Below are positions 1 through 9,327 of a stretch of DNA of 54,514 nt, one piece after another (positions within the stretch are counted from its first letter, which is position 1; each line of letters begins with the position of its first letter). The notes beneath the pieces are model-generated. The model was not told the origin of the DNA and made no database searches. It saw only the letters and a list, made by a program, of their open reading frames with translations. Both the position numbers and the translations under genes were made by a program. The stretch comes from an uncultured Bacilli bacterium. GTDB taxonomy: Bacteria > Bacillota_I > Bacilli_A > RF39 > UBA660. Where the stretch lies: the NCBI GenBank assembly GCA_944331805.1, contig CALVIS010000002.1, forward strand, positions 1 to 54,514, written 5' to 3'.

Positions 1-935
1 AGATAAGAACAAGCTTGAGCATAATAAGTTTCATGAGGATAAAGTCCTTCACTAGGATCTATTTCTAGACCAAGTCTTATATTATGATCATGTAAAAATT
101 TAGAAATCTCACTTGGATTAGGAAATAACTCTTTATTAAAAGTAAAACCAGTATGTAAATCTTTAGCATTTCCCACATTACGATAATGCCAATCTTTATC
201 TAATAAGAAGACTGCTAAAGGTACATTACGTCTTTCAAAATCAGTAATAATTTCTTTAAGGCTCTCTTCATTATAAGTAGTATTACGACTCCACCAATTA
301 CCTAAAGCATATCTAGGTATAAGTTCAGGATTTCCTGTAAGTTTAAAGTAATCTTTCATAGCAAGTTCAAAATCATCTTTATACATAAAAACATATATAT
401 CAATACTACCTTTTTCACGATTTTCAAGAGTACCATCAGGATTAAATAAAAGACTACTACTATCATCAATACTAGCGAAACCTTCAAGTGAATATAACCC
501 CCTTCTTAAAGCTTTAGGAGTATTAACATCTTCACTAATCATATTCCCACCAAGATTACGGACTTCAGGATGACCATAATACCAATCTCTATCATTTTCA
601 CGGCCACCCATGAATAAAGTAATTTTTAAATTCTTCATGGGATCTACCTTAGTACCAGTAAAAGGAGTCTCTTTTACATAAGTTAATTTAAAATATTTAG
701 TAGTAATCTCTAAAAACTTTGCATCTTGTTTAGTTTGAAACTCTGGAAAATTAAAATAACGATTTATAGCAAATTGACTAGGAACATCTACAAAAACACC
801 ACTAGGACTATATTCAAGTCTAACAAGTCTCTCACTTAAAACAGTAATACGATAATGTTTACCTTTATATATACATTTATCATCACTCTTAGCTTTACTA
901 ACATCTATTTCAAACTGTTTACCTAGTGGATACAT
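1..935 (-). CDS. Glycoside hydrolase family 31 (alpha-glucosidase/alpha-xylosidase-like), N-terminal part; 3' end lies beyond the window start
   Basis: Not in the ORF track because it runs off the edge. My translation from ATG 935-933 (SD AGGACGGG upstream) reads MYPLGKQFEIDVSKAKSDDKCIYKGKHYRITVLSERLVRLEYS...ELIPRYALGNWWSRNTTYNEESLKEIITDFERRNVPLAVFLLDKDWHYRN... The ALGxWxSR and PLdvfxLDxDW segments are GH31 hallmarks. Confidence 0.75.
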   Translation of the reverse strand, partial: MYPLGKQFEIDVSKAKSDDKCIYKGKHYRITVLSERLVRLEYSPSGVFVDVPSQFAINRYFNFPEFQTKQDAKFLEITTKYFKLTYVKETPFTGTKVDPMKNLKITLFMGGRENDRDWYYGHPEVRNLGGNMISEDVNTPKALRRGLYSLEGFASIDDSSSLLFNPDGTLENREKGSIDIYVFMYKDDFELAMKDYFKLTGNPELIPRYALGNWWSRNTTYNEESLKEIITDFERRNVPLAVFLLDKDWHYRNVGNAKDLHTGFTFNKELFPNPSEISKFLHDHNIRLGLEIDPSEGLYPHETYYAQACSY

Positions 936-982
936 AATATCACCCGTCCTTTTATTCTCTTTAATTTTAACATAATAAATTT

Positions 983-1021
983 AAAATTAAAAGAGTTATA
1001 AACACAAAATATCTATAACTC
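983..1021 (-). terminator. Intrinsic terminator after the 1032-2534 gene
   Basis: 8-bp stem gagttata/tataactc (993-1000 / 1014-1021), followed on the minus strand by ttttaatttt. Confidence 0.6.
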
Positions 1022-1031
1022 AAATTCAAGA

Positions 1032-2534
1032 CTAAACGGCTAATCTATATGGACTTTCACTACTTCCATCTCCACTAGTTATTTTAATATTGCTATTTAA
1101 GTAAAGAGTTGGTTGTACTCCAATGGTATTACTCACAGAAGAAAAACGCATAGTACCATTACCATCAATCATAAAAACATCTGTATATGTATATTGACGA
1201 TGAGTAAGAGTCATTCGATATCCCTTATATAACCAACTATTAGAACTTTCAGAAGAATTACAACTCACTACTGTATTATAACAAGTATCACTAACACCAT
1301 TGGCAAAAGTAAAAGAATAATCACCTATATAAATTAAACCAACCTCTCCTAACCATGATAAAGGTCTATTAGAAGTAACTTGATTACCTCGTTCTAAAAT
1401 ATAATCATCTTCTCCTGTGTTACTTGTAGTTCTACTATCTTTTCCCCCTAAATACCATACTACTTTACTAATCATACTTTTCGCTTCATCACTTAAACCG
1501 TTTTCACTAAAGTCACAACTAACTGTCCCATTATTTGAACCGCTATAACAAGTACCACTACCTCTATTATAGTATAAACTGCCTCCAACCTCTTCATTTT
1601 CATAACCTCCATTTAACAACTTCATAAGTCTTGCATCAGTCCAGTCATTTTTACCATTATTATTTTCTGCACCTGTACTTATATCTTTATTATCCCAAGA
1701 ATAGCCGCCAATGGACTCATCTCTTATAATCTTTATTCTATTTTCTGTCTTTCCTTTAGCATTAACTACTGGAAACACTCCTATTATTCTCCATACCTCA
1801 TCATTAAAGATAACATAATTATTAGGATTACTTCCAATATAACGATAATCAGTTAAAGCTTCTGTTTGATAAGTCTCACTATGATTAAACACATACATTT
1901 CCTTTTGTTCTTCTACACTACTATTATTATAATCATTATTACTAGGATCATTCGCTTTAGCAAGTAAAACATCTACTCCTTCAGGTTTATCTTGACTTAC
2001 TTCTACTCTTAACTTACCACTAAAGACTTGTCCCGAATAATTCCCATCTACCTCATCTGTTATCCATAGTTTTAAATTATACTTATTAGTCTCTCCGCCT
2101 TCTATTGTTCCAGCATCTAATATTCTATTAGGATTGCTTCCTATAGTTGTAAGTAAATAAGCACCATCGCTTTCTCCATTTTTAATTAAATTATACTTTA
2201 AGTACATATCATCAATTCTAGTATCAGTATCACTTATAGTATTATCATCTAAATAAATTGTATAATCTATGGCCTTATTACCATTATTTCTTAATTCAAA
2301 AGTAGAACCATCTAAAGATAATCCTTCACTATCGCTTATACCTATAGCATTATCTAAACTTATCCCTTCACTTGTCTCATCTAATACTAAATCTAATGTT
2401 CCTACTTTCACTATCTCTTCACTACCAAATAACTCTGTAGTAAAATAAGCATAAGTTAATGCTAGTAGTAAAATCAATACTATTAATATACTTATAATTA
2501 TTACCATTACTTTTTTATTTCTCTTATCTTTCAT
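1032..2534 (-). CDS. Secreted protein with TasA/camelysin-type (SipW-dependent-type) signal peptide; large C-terminal region of unknown function
   Basis: N-terminus is MKDKRNKK + TM + LALTYAYFTTE...VKVGTLDLVLDE. This matches the (G)TxAYFSD...AGTLDL pattern of SipW-cognate signal peptides. Strong SD GGGAGGAG. The remainder (YRYIGSNPNNYVIFNDEVWRIIGVF...) I cannot assign. Confidence 0.6.
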   Translation of the reverse strand: MKDKRNKKVMVIIISILIVLILLLALTYAYFTTELFGSEEIVKVGTLDLVLDETSEGISLDNAIGISDSEGLSLDGSTFELRNNGNKAIDYTIYLDDNTISDTDTRIDDMYLKYNLIKNGESDGAYLLTTIGSNPNRILDAGTIEGGETNKYNLKLWITDEVDGNYSGQVFSGKLRVEVSQDKPEGVDVLLAKANDPSNNDYNNSSVEEQKEMYVFNHSETYQTEALTDYRYIGSNPNNYVIFNDEVWRIIGVFPVVNAKGKTENRIKIIRDESIGGYSWDNKDISTGAENNNGKNDWTDARLMKLLNGGYENEEVGGSLYYNRGSGTCYSGSNNGTVSCDFSENGLSDEAKSMISKVVWYLGGKDSRTTSNTGEDDYILERGNQVTSNRPLSWLGEVGLIYIGDYSFTFANGVSDTCYNTVVSCNSSESSNSWLYKGYRMTLTHRQYTYTDVFMIDGNGTMRFSSVSNTIGVQPTLYLNSNIKITSGDGSSESPYRLAV

Positions 2535-2634
2535 TATTAATTACTCCTCCCATTAAATCACAAAAAAGAACAGAATATCTCTATCCTGCTCTTATGTCAT
2601 AATGAAAGAAAGTAACTAAATTACTATTAAACTG

Positions 2635-2643
2635 CCCCCCCCC
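2635..2643. repeat. Homopolymeric C9 tract (G9 on the coding strand), 101-109 nt upstream of the 1032-2534 start codon
   Basis: actgCCCCCCCCCaggt counted directly. It is the only G/C run of this length I saw in a very AT-rich window. Confidence 0.95.
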
Positions 2644-2739
2644 AGGTAACAAGCTGTAAACAAAGTTTCCTCATTTTTTTACCTTCTCTCTATTTTTTGT
2701 TATCTATATATTAACATAACTTTTTCTAATTAACAATCT

Positions 2740-3870
2740 TTAATCATCTAAAAACATTACATAATACTCATCATAAGTAATATTATTCTCTTTTATATAC
2801 TTAGCAATCTTTTTACCTACATATCTATAATGCCAAGCCTCACACTTATATCCCGTAATATCTTCTTTACTTCTAGGATATCTAAGTATAAATCCATACT
2901 TATAAGCATTATCCATCATCCAACTATATTCATCACTATTAACAAAAGTATTAACAGATTTACTAGCAATATCTAAACTCATTGCTGTTTGATGTTCAGA
3001 AAAACCAGGTTTTGCAACATAATTATCAACATAATTTTGTCCATAAAGCTCTAAATATGTATTAGTAATCTCTTCTTGATCTTTATAACTTCTATACCCA
3101 GAACTAACCATTAATTCCATTCCATCTTTACTGGCCGCTTCTGCCATATCATAGAAAGCTTTCGCTACATTTCTTTCTATTTGTATCTCTCCATCCGCTT
3201 TAACATACTCTTCATCAATAGTAACTAAATCATCTGGAACATACTCACTACTTAACTGTCTATGCTTATTAACAAGTACATAATCATCAAAATCATCTAT
3301 AACTAAAGGATCTACATAGTCTTCTTTATCAAAATCCATATTGACATATAAAACAGTAGTCTTGGCATCATCATTCTCTTTATCTTGATATTCTACATAT
3401 CTATCTAAATTCTCAAGCTTTGCAAAATCAACAGATAAAAACTCTTCTATATACTTAACTTTATCTCTTTTTGCAAACTCACTAACTGACTCATCATCAC
3501 CTTTAGAAATAATCAAATTAACTTCATTAACACTATAATCTTTATCTAATAATTTATTTATATTACTGATTAAATGTTTCTGATTTTCATAATCAATTTT
3601 AGCATAATTATCAAGATTATCTTCAATATAATCATCACTTTCAAAGGCTGCATTTAAAGTCTTATTCTCTCCTATATCCATAATATAAGAATACTTAAAC
3701 TTAAAGATAATACTCTTCGCTGCTTCTTCACTATATCCTAGATTCTTAAGTTCTCCTATTCTATTAAAATAAAATGCTAAAATAATGATTATAACTAAAA
3801 CTATCGCTCCAATTACTATTAAAGGCTTTCTAGCACTACTTTTTAATTTTAATTTTCTTTTCTTTGTCAT
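2740..3870 (-). CDS. D-alanyl-D-alanine / LD-carboxypeptidase, peptidase M15B (VanY/LdcB family), membrane anchored
   Basis: N-terminal TM segment. Motifs SGYRSYKDQEE, PGFSEHQT and EAWHYRYVG match the VanY zinc-ligand/catalytic motifs. Confidence 0.85.
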   Translation of the reverse strand: MTKKRKLKLKSSARKPLIVIGAIVLVIIIILAFYFNRIGELKNLGYSEEAAKSIIFKFKYSYIMDIGENKTLNAAFESDDYIEDNLDNYAKIDYENQKHLISNINKLLDKDYSVNEVNLIISKGDDESVSEFAKRDKVKYIEEFLSVDFAKLENLDRYVEYQDKENDDAKTTVLYVNMDFDKEDYVDPLVIDDFDDYVLVNKHRQLSSEYVPDDLVTIDEEYVKADGEIQIERNVAKAFYDMAEAASKDGMELMVSSGYRSYKDQEEITNTYLELYGQNYVDNYVAKPGFSEHQTAMSLDIASKSVNTFVNSDEYSWMMDNAYKYGFILRYPRSKEDITGYKCEAWHYRYVGKKIAKYIKENNITYDEYYVMFLDD

Positions 3871-3953
3871 TAAACCACACTACTTTCTAATAAAAGTATA
3901 ACATAGTTTTTAAATCTTTTAAACTATGATATAATAAGCTCTTGAAGGACGTG

Positions 3954-5093
3954 ATGTATTTGAAAACAGCAGTTGTCTTATCTGGTGGAGGTGCTAAAGG
4001 AAGTTACCAATTAGGTGTCTGGAAAGCCTTAAGAGAACTACATATTAAGTATGATATTGTAACAGGAACATCTATTGGTGCCTTAAATGGCATCTTCATG
4101 TGTGAAAATTCTTATTTTAAAGCAAAAAGAATATGGAAAAGAATAAATCTAGAGTATCTTTTTAATAAACTACCTAAATCCAATAAAGAAATAGATATTC
4201 TTAAACTATTTGGTAGTAATTTTATCAAAAATGGTGGTATGGATATTAAAAAGATAGAAACTATTCTAGAAGAGTCTGTTAATAAGAGAAAATTTTATAA
4301 TAGTAAAATTGATTTTGGACTAATCACCTATAACTTTACTACTAAAAAGCCTTTAATCTTAACTAAAGATACTATACCTGAAGATAAGTTAATTGACTAT
4401 CTCATGGCTTCCGCTACCTGTTTTCCTGCTTTTAAAATGAAAGAAATAGATGGAGATAAATATATAGATGGTGGCTATTATGATAACTTACCTATAGAAC
4501 TTGCCATTGAACTAGGAGCAGAATCTCTAATAATTGTTGATTTAAAAGCCCCAGGCTTTAAGAAAAAAGTTAATAAACAAATAGATAGTATTATAATAAA
4601 ACCTAGAAATAACATTTCTTTCTTCTTAAACTTTAATGAAGAAGCAGCTAAAATAAATGCCAAATTAGGTTACAATGACACTCTAAAAGCTTTTAAGAAG
4701 CTAGATGGTAATAAATTTACTTTTAGAAAGAATACTATTAATAAGTATTATATTAATAATAAAGATATTTTATTAGATACTACTGAGAAACAATTCTTAT
4801 CATCAATAGAACAACTAGGAAAAACATTTAAATTAGATGAAAGTAAAATTTACAGTTTTAAGAGCTTTATAAGAGAACTAAGTAAAAAAATAGAAATAGA
4901 AGAAGCATTAGATAAAAAGACTATAAGAAATATAAAATCTCTAACTAAAAAGATTAACTCTAAAACTTTAATATTATTTTTCTTAAGTCATTTAGAAAAT
5001 GGTAAGAATCCTAAAAAACTAAGTAAAGTTTTTTCTAAAGAATATAAATTAGCCAAGTACTTACAACTATTAGGAGTAGAATATGGAAAATAA
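3954..5093 (+). CDS. Patatin-like phospholipase
   Basis: VLSGGGAKGSYQLGVW (oxyanion G-rich loop), GTSIGALNG (GxSxG nucleophile), DGGYYDNLP (catalytic Asp). The ORF track starts at TTG 3942. I prefer ATG 3954, preceded by GAAGGA. Confidence 0.85.
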   Translation: MYLKTAVVLSGGGAKGSYQLGVWKALRELHIKYDIVTGTSIGALNGIFMCENSYFKAKRIWKRINLEYLFNKLPKSNKEIDILKLFGSNFIKNGGMDIKKIETILEESVNKRKFYNSKIDFGLITYNFTTKKPLILTKDTIPEDKLIDYLMASATCFPAFKMKEIDGDKYIDGGYYDNLPIELAIELGAESLIIVDLKAPGFKKKVNKQIDSIIIKPRNNISFFLNFNEEAAKINAKLGYNDTLKAFKKLDGNKFTFRKNTINKYYINNKDILLDTTEKQFLSSIEQLGKTFKLDESKIYSFKSFIRELSKKIEIEEALDKKTIRNIKSLTKKINSKTLILFFLSHLENGKNPKKLSKVFSKEYKLAKYLQLLGVEYGK

Positions 5094-6039
5094 ATTTAAA
5101 TATACAAGTGATAATAAAAGATATCACAGTCTAACTTATTATTATAAAGAAAAGTTTAATTCTAAAGTCTGTAAAGTAAGTTTAAATGCTAACTTTACTT
5201 GTCCTAACATTGATGGTAAAGTAGGCTTTGGTGGTTGTATTTACTGTTCTAAACTAGGTAGTGGGGAATATGCAGGAAATCCTAAGGAAGATTTAATAAC
5301 CCAATTTGAAAAAGGAAAAGAAATGATGCAAAGAAAATGGCCTAACGCCAAATTCATCGCTTACTTCCAAGCGAATACTAATACTTATGCTCCCTTAAAA
5401 AGATTAAAAGAATGCTTTGAACCATTTATAGAAAGAGATGATTGCATCGGCCTATCTATCGCTACTAGAAGTGATTCTATTACAGATGAATGCCTAGATT
5501 ACCTAGAAGATATTAGTAAAAGAACTTATCTAATTGTAGAATTAGGTCTGCAAACCATTCATGAAAAGACAAGTAAGCTTATTAATAGATGCTCTACTCT
5601 AGATAATTTTGATAATATGGTTAAAAGATTAAAGAAAAGAAATATCAATGTCGTTGTTCATATCATTAATGGTCTTCCCTATGAAACAGAAGATATGATG
5701 ATTGATACAGTTAAGCATCTAAACGCCTTAAATATTGATGGTATAAAGATACATATGCTAGGAGTATTAAAAGACACCCCTTTAGAAAAATATTATCAAA
5801 AAAATAAATTTCATATTCTAACCAAAGAAGAATATGTTAATATAGTAGTGAAGCAGCTAGAGTATCTTAATCCTAAAATTGTAATACATCGTTTAACTGA
5901 AGACCCCAAGCAAGAGGACATAATAGAACCTACTTGGCTTACTAAAAAGTTTACAATTTTAAACGAAATAGACAAAATAATGAGTACCAAAAATCTCTAC
6001 CAAGGAGATATGATAAAGGAGAAAATGAAAAATGAATAA
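5083..6039 (+). CDS. TIGR01212-family radical SAM protein (YhcC-like)
   Basis: KVSLNANFTCPNIDGKVGFGGCIYCS is characteristic of this family. Overlaps the patatin gene end by 11 nt. Confidence 0.8.
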   Translation: MENKFKYTSDNKRYHSLTYYYKEKFNSKVCKVSLNANFTCPNIDGKVGFGGCIYCSKLGSGEYAGNPKEDLITQFEKGKEMMQRKWPNAKFIAYFQANTNTYAPLKRLKECFEPFIERDDCIGLSIATRSDSITDECLDYLEDISKRTYLIVELGLQTIHEKTSKLINRCSTLDNFDNMVKRLKKRNINVVVHIINGLPYETEDMMIDTVKHLNALNIDGIKIHMLGVLKDTPLEKYYQKNKFHILTKEEYVNIVVKQLEYLNPKIVIHRLTEDPKQEDIIEPTWLTKKFTILNEIDKIMSTKNLYQGDMIKEKMKNE

Positions 6040-6880
6040 TAATTACAATTTATTAATGGCAACAAGAATAAACATGATTAGTCAAAATTTAAATGAAGAA
6101 TATATTAGAAAGTTTAATCTTAGTATTGACAATATTAAAAGAAAGAAAAAAAGAAAACTAAAACCTAAAGAATTAGATGAACTTAAATATATTATTAAAG
6201 ACTTACAAAATATTCCTAAAGATGAAAAATTTCAAGACTACATCTTAAGACATTTAAAAGTCTTTCTAATATATGGAAATGTAAAACTAATAGATAGAAA
6301 TAATATTGTCTTAGAATTAACAAATGATAAAGTAACTACACTATTATATATAGAAATCAATAAAGATTATGTTACTTCCACTCTAAAAGGAAAAGACTTT
6401 AAAGAAGAAGCTACTTGGAAAACATTAGGAAATGATTATTACACAAAATATAAAACAAAAAAAACAAATATATATGAAGATAAAGAAACAAGTTTATATA
6501 ATATAAATGTAGATGAAAAATTTCATGGTTTTCACGACAATAAAGAAATATTTACAAGACTTATCTCTAAACATGATAACTATATAAAAGATAAAAGTAC
6601 TGAAGAAGTTACTAGACAAAAATTTAAAGTAGATAACTACAAAGAAGCAACTTATTATTATAGAAAAGATGGCTATCTTATAAGAAAGTATAAAAAGAAA
6701 TATAAAGACTCAAAAACAGACGAAGTATTAGGCTATAGAAAATATCAAATTAGTGAAGATTACAATAAAAAAGATAAATATCTAAATCCAGTTGGTCATT
6801 ATAAACATTTTGATAGAAAATTATATAATCCATTTTTAAAAGAAAAATGCAAAGTTAAAACAATTTATGAACAAAGTTAG
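6032..6880 (+). CDS. Hypothetical Lys/Tyr-rich protein
   Basis: Long ORF with SD AAGGAG, overlapping the upstream stop. No motif recognised. Confidence 0.55.
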   Translation: MNNNYNLLMATRINMISQNLNEEYIRKFNLSIDNIKRKKKRKLKPKELDELKYIIKDLQNIPKDEKFQDYILRHLKVFLIYGNVKLIDRNNIVLELTNDKVTTLLYIEINKDYVTSTLKGKDFKEEATWKTLGNDYYTKYKTKKTNIYEDKETSLYNINVDEKFHGFHDNKEIFTRLISKHDNYIKDKSTEEVTRQKFKVDNYKEATYYYRKDGYLIRKYKKKYKDSKTDEVLGYRKYQISEDYNKKDKYLNPVGHYKHFDRKLYNPFLKEKCKVKTIYEQS

Positions 6881-6890
6881 GTGATAATAA

Positions 6891-7538
6891 ATGAATATAG
6901 ATATAAAAAAACATTTAAAAAAATTGATAGCAATAGGTTCCCTTTCTCTTGTACTAGTAACAACAGGATGCTCTAGTAAAGAAAATAATGCTGAACCAGA
7001 AAACATTGTTACAACAGAAACAGAAAATAACAATGAACAAAAAAATACAACAAATACTAATAATACACAAGAAACAGAAAATAATAATGAAACAATAGAT
7101 CCTTTTTCTAGTGAAAGAGAAGAAATTGATAGCATAATCTATACAGAAAACTTTGAACTATTAGATGAAGTATATGGTGATTATCTTATTGATGCCATTG
7201 ATTTTATTAGAGGAGAAAAAACATATCAAGATACTAAATTTTCAGATTTAAATAAAGAAACACAACAAAAAATTATAAATGACCTTATAGAAACTACAAA
7301 TAAAGTTGAAAGTATAAATCCTAATTGGCAAGAAGATGTAGAAAACATAAAAGGTAGTGCTGTAGAAGCATATTACAATGTATTAGAAAGCATTGAAAAC
7401 TTAATCGGAACAGAAAACTATAACAATATAGGAGATTTAATAAATAGTATAATAGATGGTGGAAAAGATATAGGAAGTAGCCTAGGGGATTCATTTAATA
7501 ATTGGCTAGATGGATATAAAAATAGCCATCAAAAGTGA
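6891..7538 (+). CDS. Lipoprotein, unknown function
   Basis: Signal peptide with lipobox LVTTGC. Low-complexity N/T/E-rich linker. SD AGGTGA. Confidence 0.65.
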   Translation: MNIDIKKHLKKLIAIGSLSLVLVTTGCSSKENNAEPENIVTTETENNNEQKNTTNTNNTQETENNNETIDPFSSEREEIDSIIYTENFELLDEVYGDYLIDAIDFIRGEKTYQDTKFSDLNKETQQKIINDLIETTNKVESINPNWQEDVENIKGSAVEAYYNVLESIENLIGTENYNNIGDLINSIIDGGKDIGSSLGDSFNNWLDGYKNSHQK

Positions 7539-7565
7539 TTATATGTAAAGTAATCACTTTTTTAC
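7532..7565 (+). terminator. Intrinsic terminator
   Basis: Stem aaagtgatta/taatcacttt followed by tttt; overlaps the stop codon. Confidence 0.7.
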
Positions 7566-7622
7566 TTGTAAATAGACAACTCTTAGATTATAATGTTTAT
7601 AAGAGTAAAGGATGATATATAT

Positions 7623-8336
7623 ATGGATAAACATGTTAGAATTATAACTGTCAGTTCTCTTGCTTTACTTGGAATTCTTTGTATTTCTTCTGGAGTAATG
7701 TATAATTCCTTACAAGCAAATAATGTAGAAGAAAAAATATTAGTAGTAGTTGAGCAAAAACAAGTAAGTAAAGAAACTGATGTTGACATAAAATTAAAAA
7801 ATTTAACTATTGAAGTTAACACTCCTTTAAGTGTCAAGATAATTGACTACTTAGATAGTGCTGTCTCAGATGAAGTACTAGCTAACTTAAAACTTGATAC
7901 AAGTGGTGTTAATGTTACTGAAGCTGGAACTTATAATTATACAGTTACTTATAAAAAGAAAGCTTATCAAGGTATTATTATTGTAAAAGAAAAAGAAGTA
8001 ACAAACAACACTTTACAAAGTATAACTTTAAAAACCATAAATATAAATGTAGGTACTGCTCTACCAACTGATGTTAGTAATTATGTAATAGAGCCCCTTA
8101 GCGATGATATAAAAGCAACTATGTTAATTGACCTTAGCAAAGTTAATGTTAATACAGCAGGTAGTTATCAGTACACAATTACCTATAATAATAGCATTTA
8201 TACCGGTACTATAGTAGTAACAGAAACACAACCTACATTATCAACAAATATAGGAGAAAATACTACTACAGAAGAACCAACACAAACACCAGAGTCTCCA
8301 ACTACAGAAGAACAAACTAATACTCAAGTTAATTAA
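7623..8336 (+). CDS. Membrane-anchored surface protein with two tandem Ig-like repeats
   Basis: TM anchor. Internal duplication LDTSGVNVTEAGTYNYTVTYKKKAYQGIIIVKE / DLSKVNVNTAGSYQYTITYNNSIYTGTIVVTE, the bacterial Ig-like/DUF5011-type AGTYxYT pattern. I prefer ATG 7623 (SD AAAGGA) over track start 7593. Confidence 0.6.
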   Translation: MDKHVRIITVSSLALLGILCISSGVMYNSLQANNVEEKILVVVEQKQVSKETDVDIKLKNLTIEVNTPLSVKIIDYLDSAVSDEVLANLKLDTSGVNVTEAGTYNYTVTYKKKAYQGIIIVKEKEVTNNTLQSITLKTININVGTALPTDVSNYVIEPLSDDIKATMLIDLSKVNVNTAGSYQYTITYNNSIYTGTIVVTETQPTLSTNIGENTTTEEPTQTPESPTTEEQTNTQVN

Positions 8337-8361
8337 AACTTCCACCAAGGGAAGTTTTTTT
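8335..8361. terminator. Bidirectional terminator between convergent genes
   Basis: aaaacttcc-accaag-ggaagtttt, flanked by A and T runs; overlaps both stop codons. Confidence 0.7.
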
Positions 8362-9304
8362 ATAACATATTTTTCTTTTTTAAGATTAAAGCAACTATAA
8401 GTGATAAGAGAAGTGATAACAAAAGTAGTAAAACAAAGGCATAAGGATTATCAGCAAACTTACCAAAAGTAACATTCATACCCATAAAAGATGCCACCAT
8501 TGTAGGTATAGAAAATACAATCGTAATACCAGCTAAGAACTTCATAATAGTATTAAGATTATTAGATATAATAGTAGCTACTGTATCTGTAGTACTAGAT
8601 AAAATTCCTCTATATAAATCAGCCATCTCTATTGCCTGATTATTTTCAATAATTGCATCTTCTAATAAGTCCTCATCTTCTTCATAAAGTTCAATTACAT
8701 TACCTTTTAATATCTTATCAAGGACAACTCCATTACTCTTTAAAGCTGTAATTATATAAGTCAAACTATTCTCAATAGAAAGTAAATTTAAAAGTTCTTG
8801 ATTCTTAGTAGCATTCAAAATATTAGATTCAGCTACTTCTATTTTATTATCTATTTCTCTTAACATCTTTAAATAAAGTAGTGCAAGTTTATATATCATC
8901 TGAATTATAAATCTACTTTTCTTATAAGTATAAAACTCTTTAACCTTACCTTTAGTAAACTCATCAATAATACTATATTTCTGTAAACAAACTGTAACAA
9001 TATAATCATTCCTAACAACTAAAATACCTATAGGAAGTGTTGTAATAGTTTTAATATTATTTTTAGTCTCATAAACAGGTACATCTAAAAGAAGCATCTT
9101 AACCCCATCTTCCTCATCAATACGAGGTTTCTCATCATCATCGATTATACTCATAATAAAATTCTTCTTAATACCAAGAGCATTAACCACTTCATCTATC
9201 TCTACTTCTGTAGGATTAACTAAATTAACCCAACTACCTACTTCATAGGTATCTATTCTACTAAATTCTCCACTAGTAACATCTGTATTATATATTTTCA
9301 ACAT
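8360..9304 (-). CDS. corA: CorA-family magnesium/cobalt transporter
   Basis: C-terminal two TM segments with FMGMNV (GMN signature). Likely start is ATG 9304, 8 nt after GGAG; the track start is 9313. Confidence 0.85.
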   Translation of the reverse strand: MLKIYNTDVTSGEFSRIDTYEVGSWVNLVNPTEVEIDEVVNALGIKKNFIMSIIDDDEKPRIDEEDGVKMLLLDVPVYETKNNIKTITTLPIGILVVRNDYIVTVCLQKYSIIDEFTKGKVKEFYTYKKSRFIIQMIYKLALLYLKMLREIDNKIEVAESNILNATKNQELLNLLSIENSLTYIITALKSNGVVLDKILKGNVIELYEEDEDLLEDAIIENNQAIEMADLYRGILSSTTDTVATIISNNLNTIMKFLAGITIVFSIPTMVASFMGMNVTFGKFADNPYAFVLLLLLSLLLSLIVALILKKKNML

Positions 9305-9327
9305 AATCATCACTCCTTTTTATATCA

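Noticed and set aside
4478-4663. 61-aa ORF antisense to the patatin gene
   Set aside because: It is fully embedded opposite a well-supported CDS, has no SD, and has the low-complexity composition typical of AT-rich antisense frames.
6836-7135. 99-aa antisense ORF across the 6032-6880 / 6891-7538 junction
   Set aside because: It lies opposite two SD-supported genes. Its F/S/L-rich sequence is the mirror of K/E/N-rich coding sequence.
7583-7837. 84-aa antisense ORF
   Set aside because: It overlaps the 5' end of the Ig-repeat protein gene on the other strand and has no SD.
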